Shown here: piece after piece, positions 1-9,418 of the stretch
Numbering within the stretch: position 1 is the first letter of the stretch
How the letters are laid out: every line of letters starts with the position of its first letter
From: a virus
Virus record (IMG/VR): IMGVR_UViG_3300045988_081431
Coordinates: 3,220-67,219 of that record
DNA length: 64,000 nt
Direction: 5' to 3' (one strand)
The notes under the pieces: model-generated
The model's database searches: none
What the model was told of the DNA's origin: nothing
The model's input: only the letters and a program-made list of their open reading frames with translations
Made by a program: the position numbers and the translations under genes

Positions 1-395
1 TGCAACCATCGGAAGAAACCGAAGTTGTTAACACCTATAATCAACAAAAGAACTTGCTTGATATGGTCGAAACACAAATCGAGATGATACAACTGTTTAT
101 AGACGACTTGCAATGTCAACAGGCGACTGGTTCTTCGGATGCCGATGTGATTTACAAACGTATGAAAGACTTAATGTTAGACCAAGAGAAGTATATCGCA
201 AGAAAGCAATCTATCTTGAAAGACATGCAAGCCGTAGCAGAGAAGATTTATACATTCCAAGCTATGAACTCTATTATTATTGAAATCATGGAGATTATCA
301 AGAAAGAAGACCCTGTTTTGGCGAATAAAGTCAAAGAACAGATGAAAGATAATAAGATTTTATTGGCAAATTATGCAAAAATTCAACAAAATTAA
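1..395 (+). CDS. hypothetical protein, C-terminal part (ORF open to window edge); small-terminase candidate by position only
   Basis: The frame of track ORF 54..395 has no stop back to nt 3. The sequence is helical and heptad-rich, and it lies directly upstream of the large terminase. Confidence 0.5.
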   Translation, partial: QPSEETEVVNTYNQQKNLLDMVETQIEMIQLFIDDLQCQQATGSSDADVIYKRMKDLMLDQEKYIARKQSILKDMQAVAEKIYTFQAMNSIIIEIMEIIKKEDPVLANKVKEQMKDNKILLANYAKIQQN

Positions 396-433
396 CACTT
401 TAAATGAAAAAAGTGTTACAAAATTAAAGTGTT
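394..433. repeat. 10-bp inverted repeat AACACTTTAA/TTAAAGTGTT with a third AAAGTGTT copy in the loop
   Basis: Arms 394-403 and 424-433 are perfectly complementary. An extra AAAGTGTT sits at 410-417. The element lies in the intergenic gap before terL. Confidence 0.6.
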
Positions 434-478
434 TGATACTATATATAGAGAACAATTTTCTACTAGGGAGGTGTGTTA

Positions 479-2161
479 ATGGCTGAAAATATCTTAGACA
501 CGCTACTAGGGGCATCTCGAGCGAACACAGAGCCAAGTGATAACACACCAACCGATAAAGATATTGGTGCGACTAACTTGGAACACTTCGCCAAGACTTA
601 TTTCCCCCATATATTCTCTACACCATTCTGCGACTTTCATCATTCGATGTTCAAGGATGCAGAAAATATGATACTGCATTTTGACAACTTGCAAAACAAG
701 TTTGTTCGTGCGGCACCACGAGGTCACGGCAAAAGCCGTATTATCTCGGTCGTATTCCCAATATGGTTAATCGTGTATGGCTATCGAAAGAACATACTGA
801 TTATATCTGATACCTTTGAACAAGCCAAAGAGTTCATACAGACGATTAAAGACGAACTAGAAGATAATGAACGTCTGAAAAAGGACTTTGGTCTTCTCAA
901 GGGTGACAAGACATGGGCAAGCGACAAGATTGTCACCAAGAACAAAATTCAAGTGTTTGCAAAGTCAAGCGGTCAATCTTTGCGTGGCTCTAGTTATAAC
1001 AATATTCGACCAGAAGTTGTTATCTTAGACGACCTTGAGAATGACGAGGCAGTAGAAACAGAAAACCAACGCAAGAAATTATACGATTGGTTCATGAAAG
1101 TATTAATGCCGATTGGCAATCCTAGAACGGTATTTTTGTATGTCGGTTCGGTATTGCACTATGAGGCTTTACTGTATAAAGTATTGACCGATTCTAAGTT
1201 TAACAACTGGAATCGTGCGATATATAAAGCTGTATACACGTTCTCTGAAAGTCCATGTTGGACCGTGTGGGAAGAAATCTTTAACGACTTGTCAGACCCA
1301 GATGCGGCAAAGAATGCCGCCGATTATTTTGAAGAACATCGAGAAGAAATGATGGATGGAGTCGAAGTAATGTGGGAGGGTCGTAACTTCGGTTTGTTTG
1401 AACACCTAGATTGTTCATACGAAGAAAAAATGAGAATGTCTCGTGATAACTGGTATCAAGAACTCATGATTTTACGTATGCAAGATGACGAGGCTTTCAA
1501 CTCCGAGTATCAAAACAATCCTATGACCGAAGCAAGTCGAGTGTTTAAAGAGTCGTGGATTAAGGCTAACTATTATGACGAAACGAACTTACCTAAGATG
1601 AAACAGATATATGCATCTGTTGACTTGTCTATGGGTAAGTCAAGAACATCTGATTATTCTGCAATTATATTTGTCGGTCGTGGCGTAGATAATTATTTCT
1701 ATGTATTAGAAGCCGACATTGAACGCAGGTCACCAGATATCATTATTAATGATATACTGTTGTATTTAGACAAGTACAATGGTCGTTTAGACGGCTTTAT
1801 TGTCGAAGAAAACGTATTCCAAGAGTTCTTCTCGAAGACATTACAGCAGACTGCCATTGATATGGGTCTGTATGTAAACTGGATTTCTGCTCGGAGTACG
1901 GCGAGCGATAACAAGGGTACTCGGATACGCTCGCTTGCACCGAAGATTAAACAAGGGTATATCAAGTTTAATAAAAACCATCGTGTTCTCGAAAGTCAAC
2001 TTAAGAACTTTCCAAAAGACCACGATGATGCACCTGACTGTTTAGAACGGTGTATCTCTAAATTCTTAGAAAACTCATCAACCATCAATGTTGGTGCGAT
2101 GGGTACGATTCGTAAGAAACGAATGGACACATTATCATTCATGAAAGGTTGGAAACGATGA
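479..2161 (+). CDS. terL: terminase large subunit
   Basis: Walker A-like PRGHGKSR and Walker B-like VVILDDLEND, with a C-terminal nuclease-like half. GGGAGG lies 8 nt before ATG 479; the track start GTG 473 is too close to the SD. Confidence 0.9.
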   Translation: MAENILDTLLGASRANTEPSDNTPTDKDIGATNLEHFAKTYFPHIFSTPFCDFHHSMFKDAENMILHFDNLQNKFVRAAPRGHGKSRIISVVFPIWLIVYGYRKNILIISDTFEQAKEFIQTIKDELEDNERLKKDFGLLKGDKTWASDKIVTKNKIQVFAKSSGQSLRGSSYNNIRPEVVILDDLENDEAVETENQRKKLYDWFMKVLMPIGNPRTVFLYVGSVLHYEALLYKVLTDSKFNNWNRAIYKAVYTFSESPCWTVWEEIFNDLSDPDAAKNAADYFEEHREEMMDGVEVMWEGRNFGLFEHLDCSYEEKMRMSRDNWYQELMILRMQDDEAFNSEYQNNPMTEASRVFKESWIKANYYDETNLPKMKQIYASVDLSMGKSRTSDYSAIIFVGRGVDNYFYVLEADIERRSPDIIINDILLYLDKYNGRLDGFIVEENVFQEFFSKTLQQTAIDMGLYVNWISARSTASDNKGTRIRSLAPKIKQGYIKFNKNHRVLESQLKNFPKDHDDAPDCLERCISKFLENSSTINVGAMGTIRKKRMDTLSFMKGWKR

Positions 2162-3453
2162 ACCTACGAGAAAAAATTTACGCATGGATGAGTGCTTTCG
2201 TTACACGAGATACTATTGCCAATGTCACACAAACATGGTTTGGTCGTTGGGGTGTTAGAAAACGCAAAAACACGGAAACAAAGTTGAGTGTGGAAGCGTT
2301 ACGAAACATGGCAAGAACACCTATTGCTAGAAGTGCTATTAATCAAATACGAGAGGGCATCCTAGCATTGCCATGGGAGGTTGTTTCGATTGACGATAAC
2401 GAAAATAAAAAAGCAATTCGCAAAGTCACCGAGATAATTAAACAACCTAACCCTGTGGATGATTACCATGACTTCATTGGTAAACTATTTGAAGATTTAA
2501 TTGTGTTAGACCTTGCGTTCTTTGAACAAAAGGTTGTCAAAAGGGATAGACCTCTGTATTTATTCCCTATTGATGCTCAAACAATCGAGGTTGTCACAAA
2601 TTGGACTGGCGATTTAAACCAGCCACGATATATGCAGAACGCTAACGGTGTTCAAGAGTGGTATAAATGTGACAAAATCGCTATGTTGCAACGAACGAAG
2701 CTGACTTATGATGAGTTTGGTTTTTCACCATTAGAACAAGCATATCGACATATTAAGTATCTATCTGAGGTACAAGAGTATGCAAACGATATTTCTTCTA
2801 ATGCGATGCCAAAGTATTTAATTAACCTTGGTGCAAACGCATCTCAAGAAGAAATTGAGAAAGTTCGAGTGTATATCGAAAGTGAAATCCAAGGTCAATC
2901 TGCCGTTGCGATTGTTGGTACAACACAATTAGATGCAAAACAAGTGTCTCCGATTGGTGACGAGTCAGCATCTCTAAATTGGCAAAAGTTATTACTACAG
3001 ATTATTGCCACATGCTTTAATATTCCACCAGAACGACTTGGGGTTGCCATCTCAAATGACCGTTCGACATCATCTGAAAAAGACAACGAGATGTTGGAAT
3101 ACACAATTAAGCCATGGGCGAAAATATTTGAACGTGCCATCAATAAGTATGTCATTGACAGGCTTGGCTATGGTGGCAAAATCGAGTTCCGTTTTGTGTT
3201 TACACCAACCAAGGCACAACAAGCCGATGCCGTTGAACGTGTTCGTAAACTTGTTGATGGTAATGTTATCACAATTAATGAGGCTCGTCAAGAACTAAAT
3301 GGTGTTCTTGGTATTGAACTTCCTGATATTCAGTCAGGGAATAAACTCCTTGATGAATATAAATCATCTCTAATTGAACAACGAGTGACATCCACCCCAC
3401 AAGATGTTCCTTTGGAGAAATCTACGGAGAAAGGAGAGACAGACAATGAATAA
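2158..3453 (+). CDS. portal protein
   Basis: About 431 aa, immediately after terL with an ATGA stop/start overlap (track TTG 2149 is an alternative start). Size and position are typical of a portal; there is no motif-level proof. Confidence 0.75.
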   Translation: MNLREKIYAWMSAFVTRDTIANVTQTWFGRWGVRKRKNTETKLSVEALRNMARTPIARSAINQIREGILALPWEVVSIDDNENKKAIRKVTEIIKQPNPVDDYHDFIGKLFEDLIVLDLAFFEQKVVKRDRPLYLFPIDAQTIEVVTNWTGDLNQPRYMQNANGVQEWYKCDKIAMLQRTKLTYDEFGFSPLEQAYRHIKYLSEVQEYANDISSNAMPKYLINLGANASQEEIEKVRVYIESEIQGQSAVAIVGTTQLDAKQVSPIGDESASLNWQKLLLQIIATCFNIPPERLGVAISNDRSTSSEKDNEMLEYTIKPWAKIFERAINKYVIDRLGYGGKIEFRFVFTPTKAQQADAVERVRKLVDGNVITINEARQELNGVLGIELPDIQSGNKLLDEYKSSLIEQRVTSTPQDVPLEKSTEKGETDNE

Positions 3454-4351
3454 GCAAAAGGTATCTCTACAGGCTAATGCAATAAGTGTCACCCTAGATA
3501 ACTTGCACCCTAATGCGATGCGTTTTACAGGTACTTGCATGTTCTTGAATACACCATCTGATTATACTCCAAACGGCGTTGACAGACCAGTGGTATTATC
3601 TTCGGAAGAAGCTGAAAAGTGTGCATCTACGATGAACCTAATGGGTATTAACTGTGATTATGACCCATGGTTGTTCCCTGATGAACTCATGACTGCTCAC
3701 AACTGCAGAAATAAAATTGGTGTTGTTGAAAAGTGTTGGGTAGACGGTGATGAACTCAAGTTTACAGGCATCATGTATAAAAACGACTTCCCAGATATTG
3801 CAGACTTCATTAAAAAGACCGTTGACTCCCTTGGGTTCTCCGTGGAAGCCATGTTTAATCTTCGAGAACACGATGATTATATTGAAATGGCAGATGTCGA
3901 ATTTACTGGTGTTGCTATGTTGTTTAAAAATGCAGCCGCATACCAAAATACTTATATCGCTGAGATTGCCGCTAAGGCGAAAGGAAAACAAGTAATGGAA
4001 AAACAAGAAATCTTACAACTTATTGATGAAGCTATCAAGGCAAACATTGAGGCTAGTGCTAAAGAAGCACAAGCAAAAGCTGAAGCTCAAGCATTAAAAG
4101 ATGCACAAGCAGAAGTTGAACGCTTGACTGCTGAATGTTCTGCAAAAGACGAAGCAATCGCAGAAAAAGATGCGAAAATCGCTGAACTCGAAAAAGCAGT
4201 TGCTGAAAAAGATGCAGAAATCGAAGCATCCGCAAAAGAAACAGTTGTTGTTTCCGATGTTAAAAACCTTGAAACAAAAGCAAAATTAGATGCTGGTAAA
4301 AAAGAAGAAAAATTCTCTGACTTCGCTGGCATGGTTAAATCTGTATTATAA
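3446..4351 (+). CDS. scaffolding protein (possibly a prohead protease-scaffold fusion)
   Basis: GGAGAG SD before ATG 3446. The C-terminal ~110 aa form an A/E/K-rich coiled coil (AKEAQAKAEAQALKDAQAEVERL...). The gene lies between portal and capsid. Confidence 0.6.
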   Translation: MNKQKVSLQANAISVTLDNLHPNAMRFTGTCMFLNTPSDYTPNGVDRPVVLSSEEAEKCASTMNLMGINCDYDPWLFPDELMTAHNCRNKIGVVEKCWVDGDELKFTGIMYKNDFPDIADFIKKTVDSLGFSVEAMFNLREHDDYIEMADVEFTGVAMLFKNAAAYQNTYIAEIAAKAKGKQVMEKQEILQLIDEAIKANIEASAKEAQAKAEAQALKDAQAEVERLTAECSAKDEAIAEKDAKIAELEKAVAEKDAEIEASAKETVVVSDVKNLETKAKLDAGKKEEKFSDFAGMVKSVL

Positions 4352-4400
4352 TACGGAAAAACATTATTGATACACTACTAATAACAGGAGACTACATAAT

Positions 4401-5423
4401 ATGGCAGTAACAAAAACAGGTTTTATCTCTGCGGCAGCAGTTGCAGACTACAATCAATCTCACTATATCGAACTTCCTAAGTTCCAAAAAGAAATACTTG
4501 ACCTATTAAATCGTCAAGTGACAATCCGTGACCGTATCAAATCCGTAATGGCGACAGGTCATCCATCTCGTTATTGGGAGCAAACTAAGATTGCTCACAA
4601 CGCAAAATTCGTAGATGCACGCACAGGTGATGCAGGCAAATACGGTGTGACAGGTACTTATGACGAAGATTACGGTCGTAAAGAACGTGCGTTGTTCATC
4701 AAAGCAATCACTTCTGGTATTAAATACTCTTTGTTCGACCAAGACGTTGTAAAACAACAAGGCGATGCACTTGCTGAACAAATGTTGAACAAAGACATGG
4801 CTGATATGCTTGTTGATTTATACCAAACTGCAAACAAAGGCATCTGGACAGGTGCGGCAACTTCCACAGAAGATTCTACATCTACTGAATACTGTGGTTT
4901 GGCTACACAAATTACAGATGCAGTAACTGTGGCTAACCCTTACAGCTTTGCAACAGGCACAGGCGAGTTTGTAACTGATACAATCCGCACTAAAATGGCT
5001 AAAAACTTGGCTGATACTAAGTTCATTGGCATGCCTACTGCAATCTATGCAAACCCAATGACAATCGATTACTTGTCTCGTGCAGAACTTCGTCGCCCTA
5101 ACTTTAGCGTAGACCAATCTGCGGACAAAGTTGACTTGGGTAACGGTTTCATTGTAAACACAATCCGTACACAAGCTGGTTATTTACCACTTATTCCAGA
5201 TAACTACATTCCATTCGATGCAGGTACTAAGAAACACACATTATATGTTGTGAATGAAAACTTGATTGAACGTCATTGGATTGGTGACTCTGAGGCTCGT
5301 GTGTACAAAATGGGCGACACTAAAGAGTTGTTGGATGAATACGTTGCAGTATTATTCGATGCAGTTGTTGCTAAAGGTACAGGTGCTGGTGCTCACTTCA
5401 AAGTTGAGTTTACAGAGGCTTAA
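4401..5423 (+). CDS. major capsid protein
   Basis: 340 aa with an AGGAG SD and strongly biased codons (cgt, ggt, tct). It follows the scaffold and is followed by a hairpin terminator. Confidence 0.75.
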   Translation: MAVTKTGFISAAAVADYNQSHYIELPKFQKEILDLLNRQVTIRDRIKSVMATGHPSRYWEQTKIAHNAKFVDARTGDAGKYGVTGTYDEDYGRKERALFIKAITSGIKYSLFDQDVVKQQGDALAEQMLNKDMADMLVDLYQTANKGIWTGAATSTEDSTSTEYCGLATQITDAVTVANPYSFATGTGEFVTDTIRTKMAKNLADTKFIGMPTAIYANPMTIDYLSRAELRRPNFSVDQSADKVDLGNGFIVNTIRTQAGYLPLIPDNYIPFDAGTKKHTLYVVNENLIERHWIGDSEARVYKMGDTKELLDEYVAVLFDAVVAKGTGAGAHFKVEFTEA

Positions 5424-5446
5424 TATCCATTATAATTAAACTGTAT

Positions 5447-5474
5447 GGGGTGTCTTAATGGCACCCCTTTATTT
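5447..5474 (+). terminator. intrinsic terminator after capsid gene
   Basis: 8-bp stem GGGGTGTC/GGCACCCC, 5-nt loop, then TTTATTT. Confidence 0.7.
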
Positions 5475-5494
5475 AAAACGAATGGAGATTACCT

Positions 5495-5722
5495 ATGTTA
5501 GTAAAACTTAAAGAACTCGATGCTAAACGTATCTACTTATGTGGTCGCATTATTGAGGCAGACGATGCAGGCTGTTTCGAGGTCACAGAAGACGAATATG
5601 CATTGAACGAAATGGTGTTAGAACCATTAGATAAAAAGGCTGGTAAGGTCGTTAAACCTTTAGAAGACAAAGAAGCTAAAGTGAAAGAGACTGAACCTGA
5701 GACTAAGAAAGCGAAAAAATAG
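5495..5722 (+). CDS. hypothetical small head-module protein
   Basis: GGAG SD; 75 aa with a K/E-rich C-terminus. Confidence 0.55.
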   Translation: MLVKLKELDAKRIYLCGRIIEADDAGCFEVTEDEYALNEMVLEPLDKKAGKVVKPLEDKEAKVKETEPETKKAKK

Positions 5723-5732
5723 GAGAGTCAAT

Positions 5733-6305
5733 ATGTCGATGTACTTAGAACAAAATGAGATTGACGAATATAGCACAATCATTCCTTTTGATGAGACTCA
5801 TGTTCGTTTCGCATCGACAATGATTGATGCCTATGTTGGAACGAACAATGGTAAATCCAAGTTCTCATCCAATGTTATTACCGAAGTGGTTCATCCGAAC
5901 CGCAAAGGTGTTCTTATTCTTAAAAACGACCCTGTGATAGATATTGAGTCTATCCAAGGTATTCATACACGAGATGTAAATGAAGTTGGTGTTGAAATAG
6001 AACCCTATCTGTATGACTTTGATGGCAGTAAATATGTTTATCTATTGAATAACACCGACAGAATGTCATATTCAAAAATATTCTTGCGTGGTGCAAGATA
6101 CTACAAGGTCACATACAAATACGGATTCGATGAAATCCCAGAAGAAGTAAAGACTGCATGTGCTATGCTTGCCATGAATATATCTCAAGTATCAACCTTT
6201 ACTGCATTAGACTCAATGACTACACTTGATGCTAGATTTTCCCTTGCTGACCCTAATTTGTTTACGAATGAGATTAAGTCTCTATTGTCTCGCTACAGAT
6301 TTTAA
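5733..6305 (+). CDS. head-tail connector/adaptor protein (by position)
   Basis: GGAGAG SD; 190 aa; first gene after the capsid block. Confidence 0.5.
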   Translation: MSMYLEQNEIDEYSTIIPFDETHVRFASTMIDAYVGTNNGKSKFSSNVITEVVHPNRKGVLILKNDPVIDIESIQGIHTRDVNEVGVEIEPYLYDFDGSKYVYLLNNTDRMSYSKIFLRGARYYKVTYKYGFDEIPEEVKTACAMLAMNISQVSTFTALDSMTTLDARFSLADPNLFTNEIKSLLSRYRF

Positions 6306-6317
6306 CGGAGGTGCTAT

Positions 6318-6905
6318 ATGAAAGAAAAGTATACACCAAAGTTTGACTGTACTCGGATGTTCGCATCATGGAGAGAAACGGTTAAATGCGATGGCAAGAA
6401 ACCTGAGTTTGTACTGTTTACACGAATCGGTCGTGGTACTAAACGGTTTCTTGTGAATAATGTCAGATGGGGAAATCTAATGTCTGACTCTGCACTTGAG
6501 TGTGGAGACATCTGCGAACGCAAGAATGGCGATACGTTGTTCTTAGTCGCAAAAACAAACTCATTTAATGGAGACAAAGGTGAGTTTTATACAACAAATA
6601 CCACAGTAAATATCTATAGTGTTGACAACCAGCTAGACGAATATGGTAACACGGCAGGCACCACCGCTACACTAAAGGTTAAAGACCTGAAATGTGTATA
6701 CGAAGATGTTTCTGCTAAAATGCATATGTTTGACTATGGCTTGCTACCAACTACAACCAAGCGTTTTATTTTACCCAAAGATACAGAAATCGCACTACTT
6801 GATAGAATCGAAATCAATGGACAGTTCTTACAAATTGATGTAATTAACAGGTTCGATTTTGCTCCGTTCTTGTATGTGCAGTGCTCACCAGATGAGCGTG
6901 GCTAA
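6318..6905 (+). CDS. hypothetical neck/head-closure protein (by position)
   Basis: GGAGG SD; co-directional, tightly packed late gene. Confidence 0.45.
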   Translation: MKEKYTPKFDCTRMFASWRETVKCDGKKPEFVLFTRIGRGTKRFLVNNVRWGNLMSDSALECGDICERKNGDTLFLVAKTNSFNGDKGEFYTTNTTVNIYSVDNQLDEYGNTAGTTATLKVKDLKCVYEDVSAKMHMFDYGLLPTTTKRFILPKDTEIALLDRIEINGQFLQIDVINRFDFAPFLYVQCSPDERG

Positions 6906-6907
6906 CC

Positions 6908-7516
6908 ATGGAAACAATCCAAGATGTTGTCTCTAAGGTAGTCAAAGACCATTTATTTGTTTTAACCGAACGCATTGAACAACAATGGAGTGCGACCGAC
7001 CAAGGCAAGTATACGGCTCACGATATAACACTTAGAAGATATACACCAAGCAAAAACATGGTTAGACTTGGTTTAGACTTTGAGGGTCTTGGTGCTTTTA
7101 TCCTTGAGTATGGCTCTGGGTCACTTATGGTGACCAACAGTAGTGCAGAAATTGGAGACTTAGGTAACCCAGATGTCTCAGACTATATGAACTCCTCGTG
7201 GTTTAATGATGCCAGAAGTGCTAATGGAAATGCAATCACAGGTCGTGCCAAAGGAGAGACTGTTCATTCTCCAGCAAGAGATGGAAAGGATACAACCTCT
7301 AGTGGTAAACTATATGGTAAAAACTTAGAGAAACCGTTACCACGGAAAAACTCTAAGTCAAAACCATTACCACCACTAGAACCACAAGAACCACTACATA
7401 TTGTGGAAGAACAAGTCTTTTATTGGTGTATAGAACTTGAAGATGCAATTAATGAGGCAGTTGATGAGTGGTTAATGAACTCAATAGAGGGGTGTTTTAA
7501 GGGAGCAAACGCATGA
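6908..7516 (+). CDS. hypothetical neck protein (by position)
   Basis: Starts 3 nt after the upstream stop; 202 aa. Confidence 0.45.
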   Translation: METIQDVVSKVVKDHLFVLTERIEQQWSATDQGKYTAHDITLRRYTPSKNMVRLGLDFEGLGAFILEYGSGSLMVTNSSAEIGDLGNPDVSDYMNSSWFNDARSANGNAITGRAKGETVHSPARDGKDTTSSGKLYGKNLEKPLPRKNSKSKPLPPLEPQEPLHIVEEQVFYWCIELEDAINEAVDEWLMNSIEGCFKGANA

Positions 7517-7932
7517 AGTATACGGTACAACTATTAGATGAACTATGGGATTTATTCCGTAAGGATGAGACCATGGCAACACTACTCAAGGTGAAAGACA
7601 CCTCTAGTCTTGCTGAGTGGAACACGAAAATGAGACGAGGGCTCGCAGGTGCTGAACTCGTTGATGAAAAACAAGATATTTACTTTGTCATGTCATTTAT
7701 ACCATCCGTAGGTGGAACAAAGAATTGGATGGTAAATAAGAATATGCTTGAGTTTCGACTTATTGGTCGTAGCAATAATCGTAAACTTATGAATGACTTA
7801 TATATCCACCTGAACAAATTATTGAAAAAACATTATGAAGACATGTCTGTATATGCCGAGGGTTCATTCTCAACAGGCACAGCAGGTCTCATTGGTTATA
7901 TGTTTAGAGTTCGACCATTTACTTGGTCTTAA
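7513..7932 (+). CDS. tail completion/terminator protein (by position)
   Basis: ATGA overlap with the upstream gene; immediately precedes the tail tube gene. Confidence 0.45.
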   Translation: MKYTVQLLDELWDLFRKDETMATLLKVKDTSSLAEWNTKMRRGLAGAELVDEKQDIYFVMSFIPSVGGTKNWMVNKNMLEFRLIGRSNNRKLMNDLYIHLNKLLKKHYEDMSVYAEGSFSTGTAGLIGYMFRVRPFTWS

Positions 7933-7950
7933 TTACAGGAGATTTACTTA

Positions 7951-8751
7951 ATGGCTACACAAACAGGCAAAAACTTTGTATTGAATGGTGTTGGTGAAGC
8001 ATGGGCTAAACGTGTCGTAAACGGCAAGGCTGAGGCTTATAAACTTGGCACACTTCAAACAATGAAACTATCTTTTAGTTCCTCTGATGAAAAAGTGTAT
8101 GGTTCTGATGCACTTCCTCCAATCTATATCTTGAATAAAGAGTCCTCTGTATCTGCTTCCTTTACTGAAGCACGTTTCAACCTAGATTATTTAGGTGTAA
8201 CAACTGGTGCTGAAATCGACAACAAAGGTACTCTAATCTTTAGCGTTGCACCTACGTTGATTGCAAGTGGTACAACATTTACTGTACCTAATGTATCTAA
8301 TGTAATTCCAGAAGACACAATCGTTGTACTTGCTAATGACGTAAACATGGAAGATGAACGTGTGACATTGAAATATGTTAAATCTCAACTTCCATCTGCT
8401 GGTGAATTTACAATTACTGCAAGCGGTGCAATCACTTTGGGTGAGTCTGTAACAAACAAATACATCGAAGTATCTGGCTTGCGTACTGACACAACTTCTC
8501 GCCGTGCTACAATGAAAGCAACATCTGTGCCTCAATTCGTGGAAATCCGCCACGTTTCTAACCCTGTAGATATGGGCGATGGTAAAAAAGTTGTTCTTCA
8601 TACTCACATCTTCCGTGCTCGTGCGACAGGCAAGCTAGATATAGACCACGAACGTCAAAAGGCTTCCGCTCCTCAATTGGAGTTTGAAGTTATGTACGAC
8701 ACCACTCGTACTGACGGTAAAATCTTGGAAATCACTCAAGAAATTCAGTAA
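7951..8751 (+). CDS. major tail (tube) protein
   Basis: AGGAG SD; 266 aa; located just upstream of the chaperone frameshift pair and tape measure; followed by a terminator hairpin. Confidence 0.65.
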   Translation: MATQTGKNFVLNGVGEAWAKRVVNGKAEAYKLGTLQTMKLSFSSSDEKVYGSDALPPIYILNKESSVSASFTEARFNLDYLGVTTGAEIDNKGTLIFSVAPTLIASGTTFTVPNVSNVIPEDTIVVLANDVNMEDERVTLKYVKSQLPSAGEFTITASGAITLGESVTNKYIEVSGLRTDTTSRRATMKATSVPQFVEIRHVSNPVDMGDGKKVVLHTHIFRARATGKLDIDHERQKASAPQLEFEVMYDTTRTDGKILEITQEIQ

Positions 8752-8759
8752 TACTTATG

Positions 8760-8788
8760 GGGGCATCTTTATGATGCCCCTATTTTTT
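8760..8788 (+). terminator. intrinsic terminator after tail tube gene
   Basis: 8-bp stem GGGGCATC/GATGCCCC, 5-nt loop, then TATTTTTT. Confidence 0.75.
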
Positions 8789-8808
8789 CGTATATGGAGA
8801 GTTAACAG

Positions 8809-9192
8809 ATGGCAGACACACTAATACCTAAAGTGAAATACGTTGAGTTAAATGGGAAAGAATATCAAATCTATCCAATGAAACTTGGTGACTACGCAAG
8901 AGTCGAAAGGTTGTTGTCTAAGATTAATGACCAGTACTTATATTTGAATTTACCAACACCAATCACAAAAGATGATGGTACATTTGAACTTGATAAGAAT
9001 GGTAAAGTGAAATATGATTATGTGGCATTTAACGCCATGTGTGAATTATTTGAACTTGCTTTACACATTCCAAGAAAAGAAGTAATGGATGTTGTTGACC
9101 TTGACAGTGGTATTGAAATCTTAGATGAATACATGTGTATCTCTGGTTTAAAAAAAAAGATATTGAGCAGTCTACAGGAGATGGTGGACTAG
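8809..9192 (+). CDS. tail assembly chaperone (gpG-like, zero-frame product)
   Basis: 127 aa between the tube and tape measure genes; contains the slippery site near its 3' end. Confidence 0.8.
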   Translation: MADTLIPKVKYVELNGKEYQIYPMKLGDYARVERLLSKINDQYLYLNLPTPITKDDGTFELDKNGKVKYDYVAFNAMCELFELALHIPRKEVMDVVDLDSGIEILDEYMCISGLKKKILSSLQEMVD

Positions 9193-9404
9193 ATAACGTA
9201 ATCGCATCTCTTGTTCAACACACAAGTGAAACTAGGGCAAGTCTAATGGAATATACTTTGCCAGAACTTGAGGGTTTATCTACCGCTTTAAACGAAAACA
9301 ACAAAATGGATGAGTCAGATGGTGACTCTTTTGTGGACTCAAATTCCGTCACAGGGGCAGATGCCATCCGTGGTCTTTTGAGTTCTGGGTATGCATCTGA
9401 ATAG
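8809..9404 (+). CDS. tail assembly chaperone, -1 frameshift fusion product (gpGT-like)
   Basis: Heptamer A_AAA_AAG at 9153-9159 in the zero frame. The -1 frame (track ORF 9135..9404) is open from there and ends 15 nt before the tape measure start. Confidence 0.7.
9153..9159 (+). promoter_or_regulatory. programmed -1 ribosomal frameshift slippery heptamer A_AAA_AAG
   Basis: A run of nine A (9150-9158) followed by G. Zero-frame codons are aaa aaa aag; the -1 frame continues gat att gag. Confidence 0.7.
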
Positions 9405-9418
9405 AATGGAGAAAATGA

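Noticed and set aside
9135-9404. Independent GTG-initiated 89-aa gene
   Set aside because: It has no SD. It lies in the -1 frame directly downstream of an A_AAA_AAG heptamer in the chaperone gene, so it is better explained as the frameshift extension.
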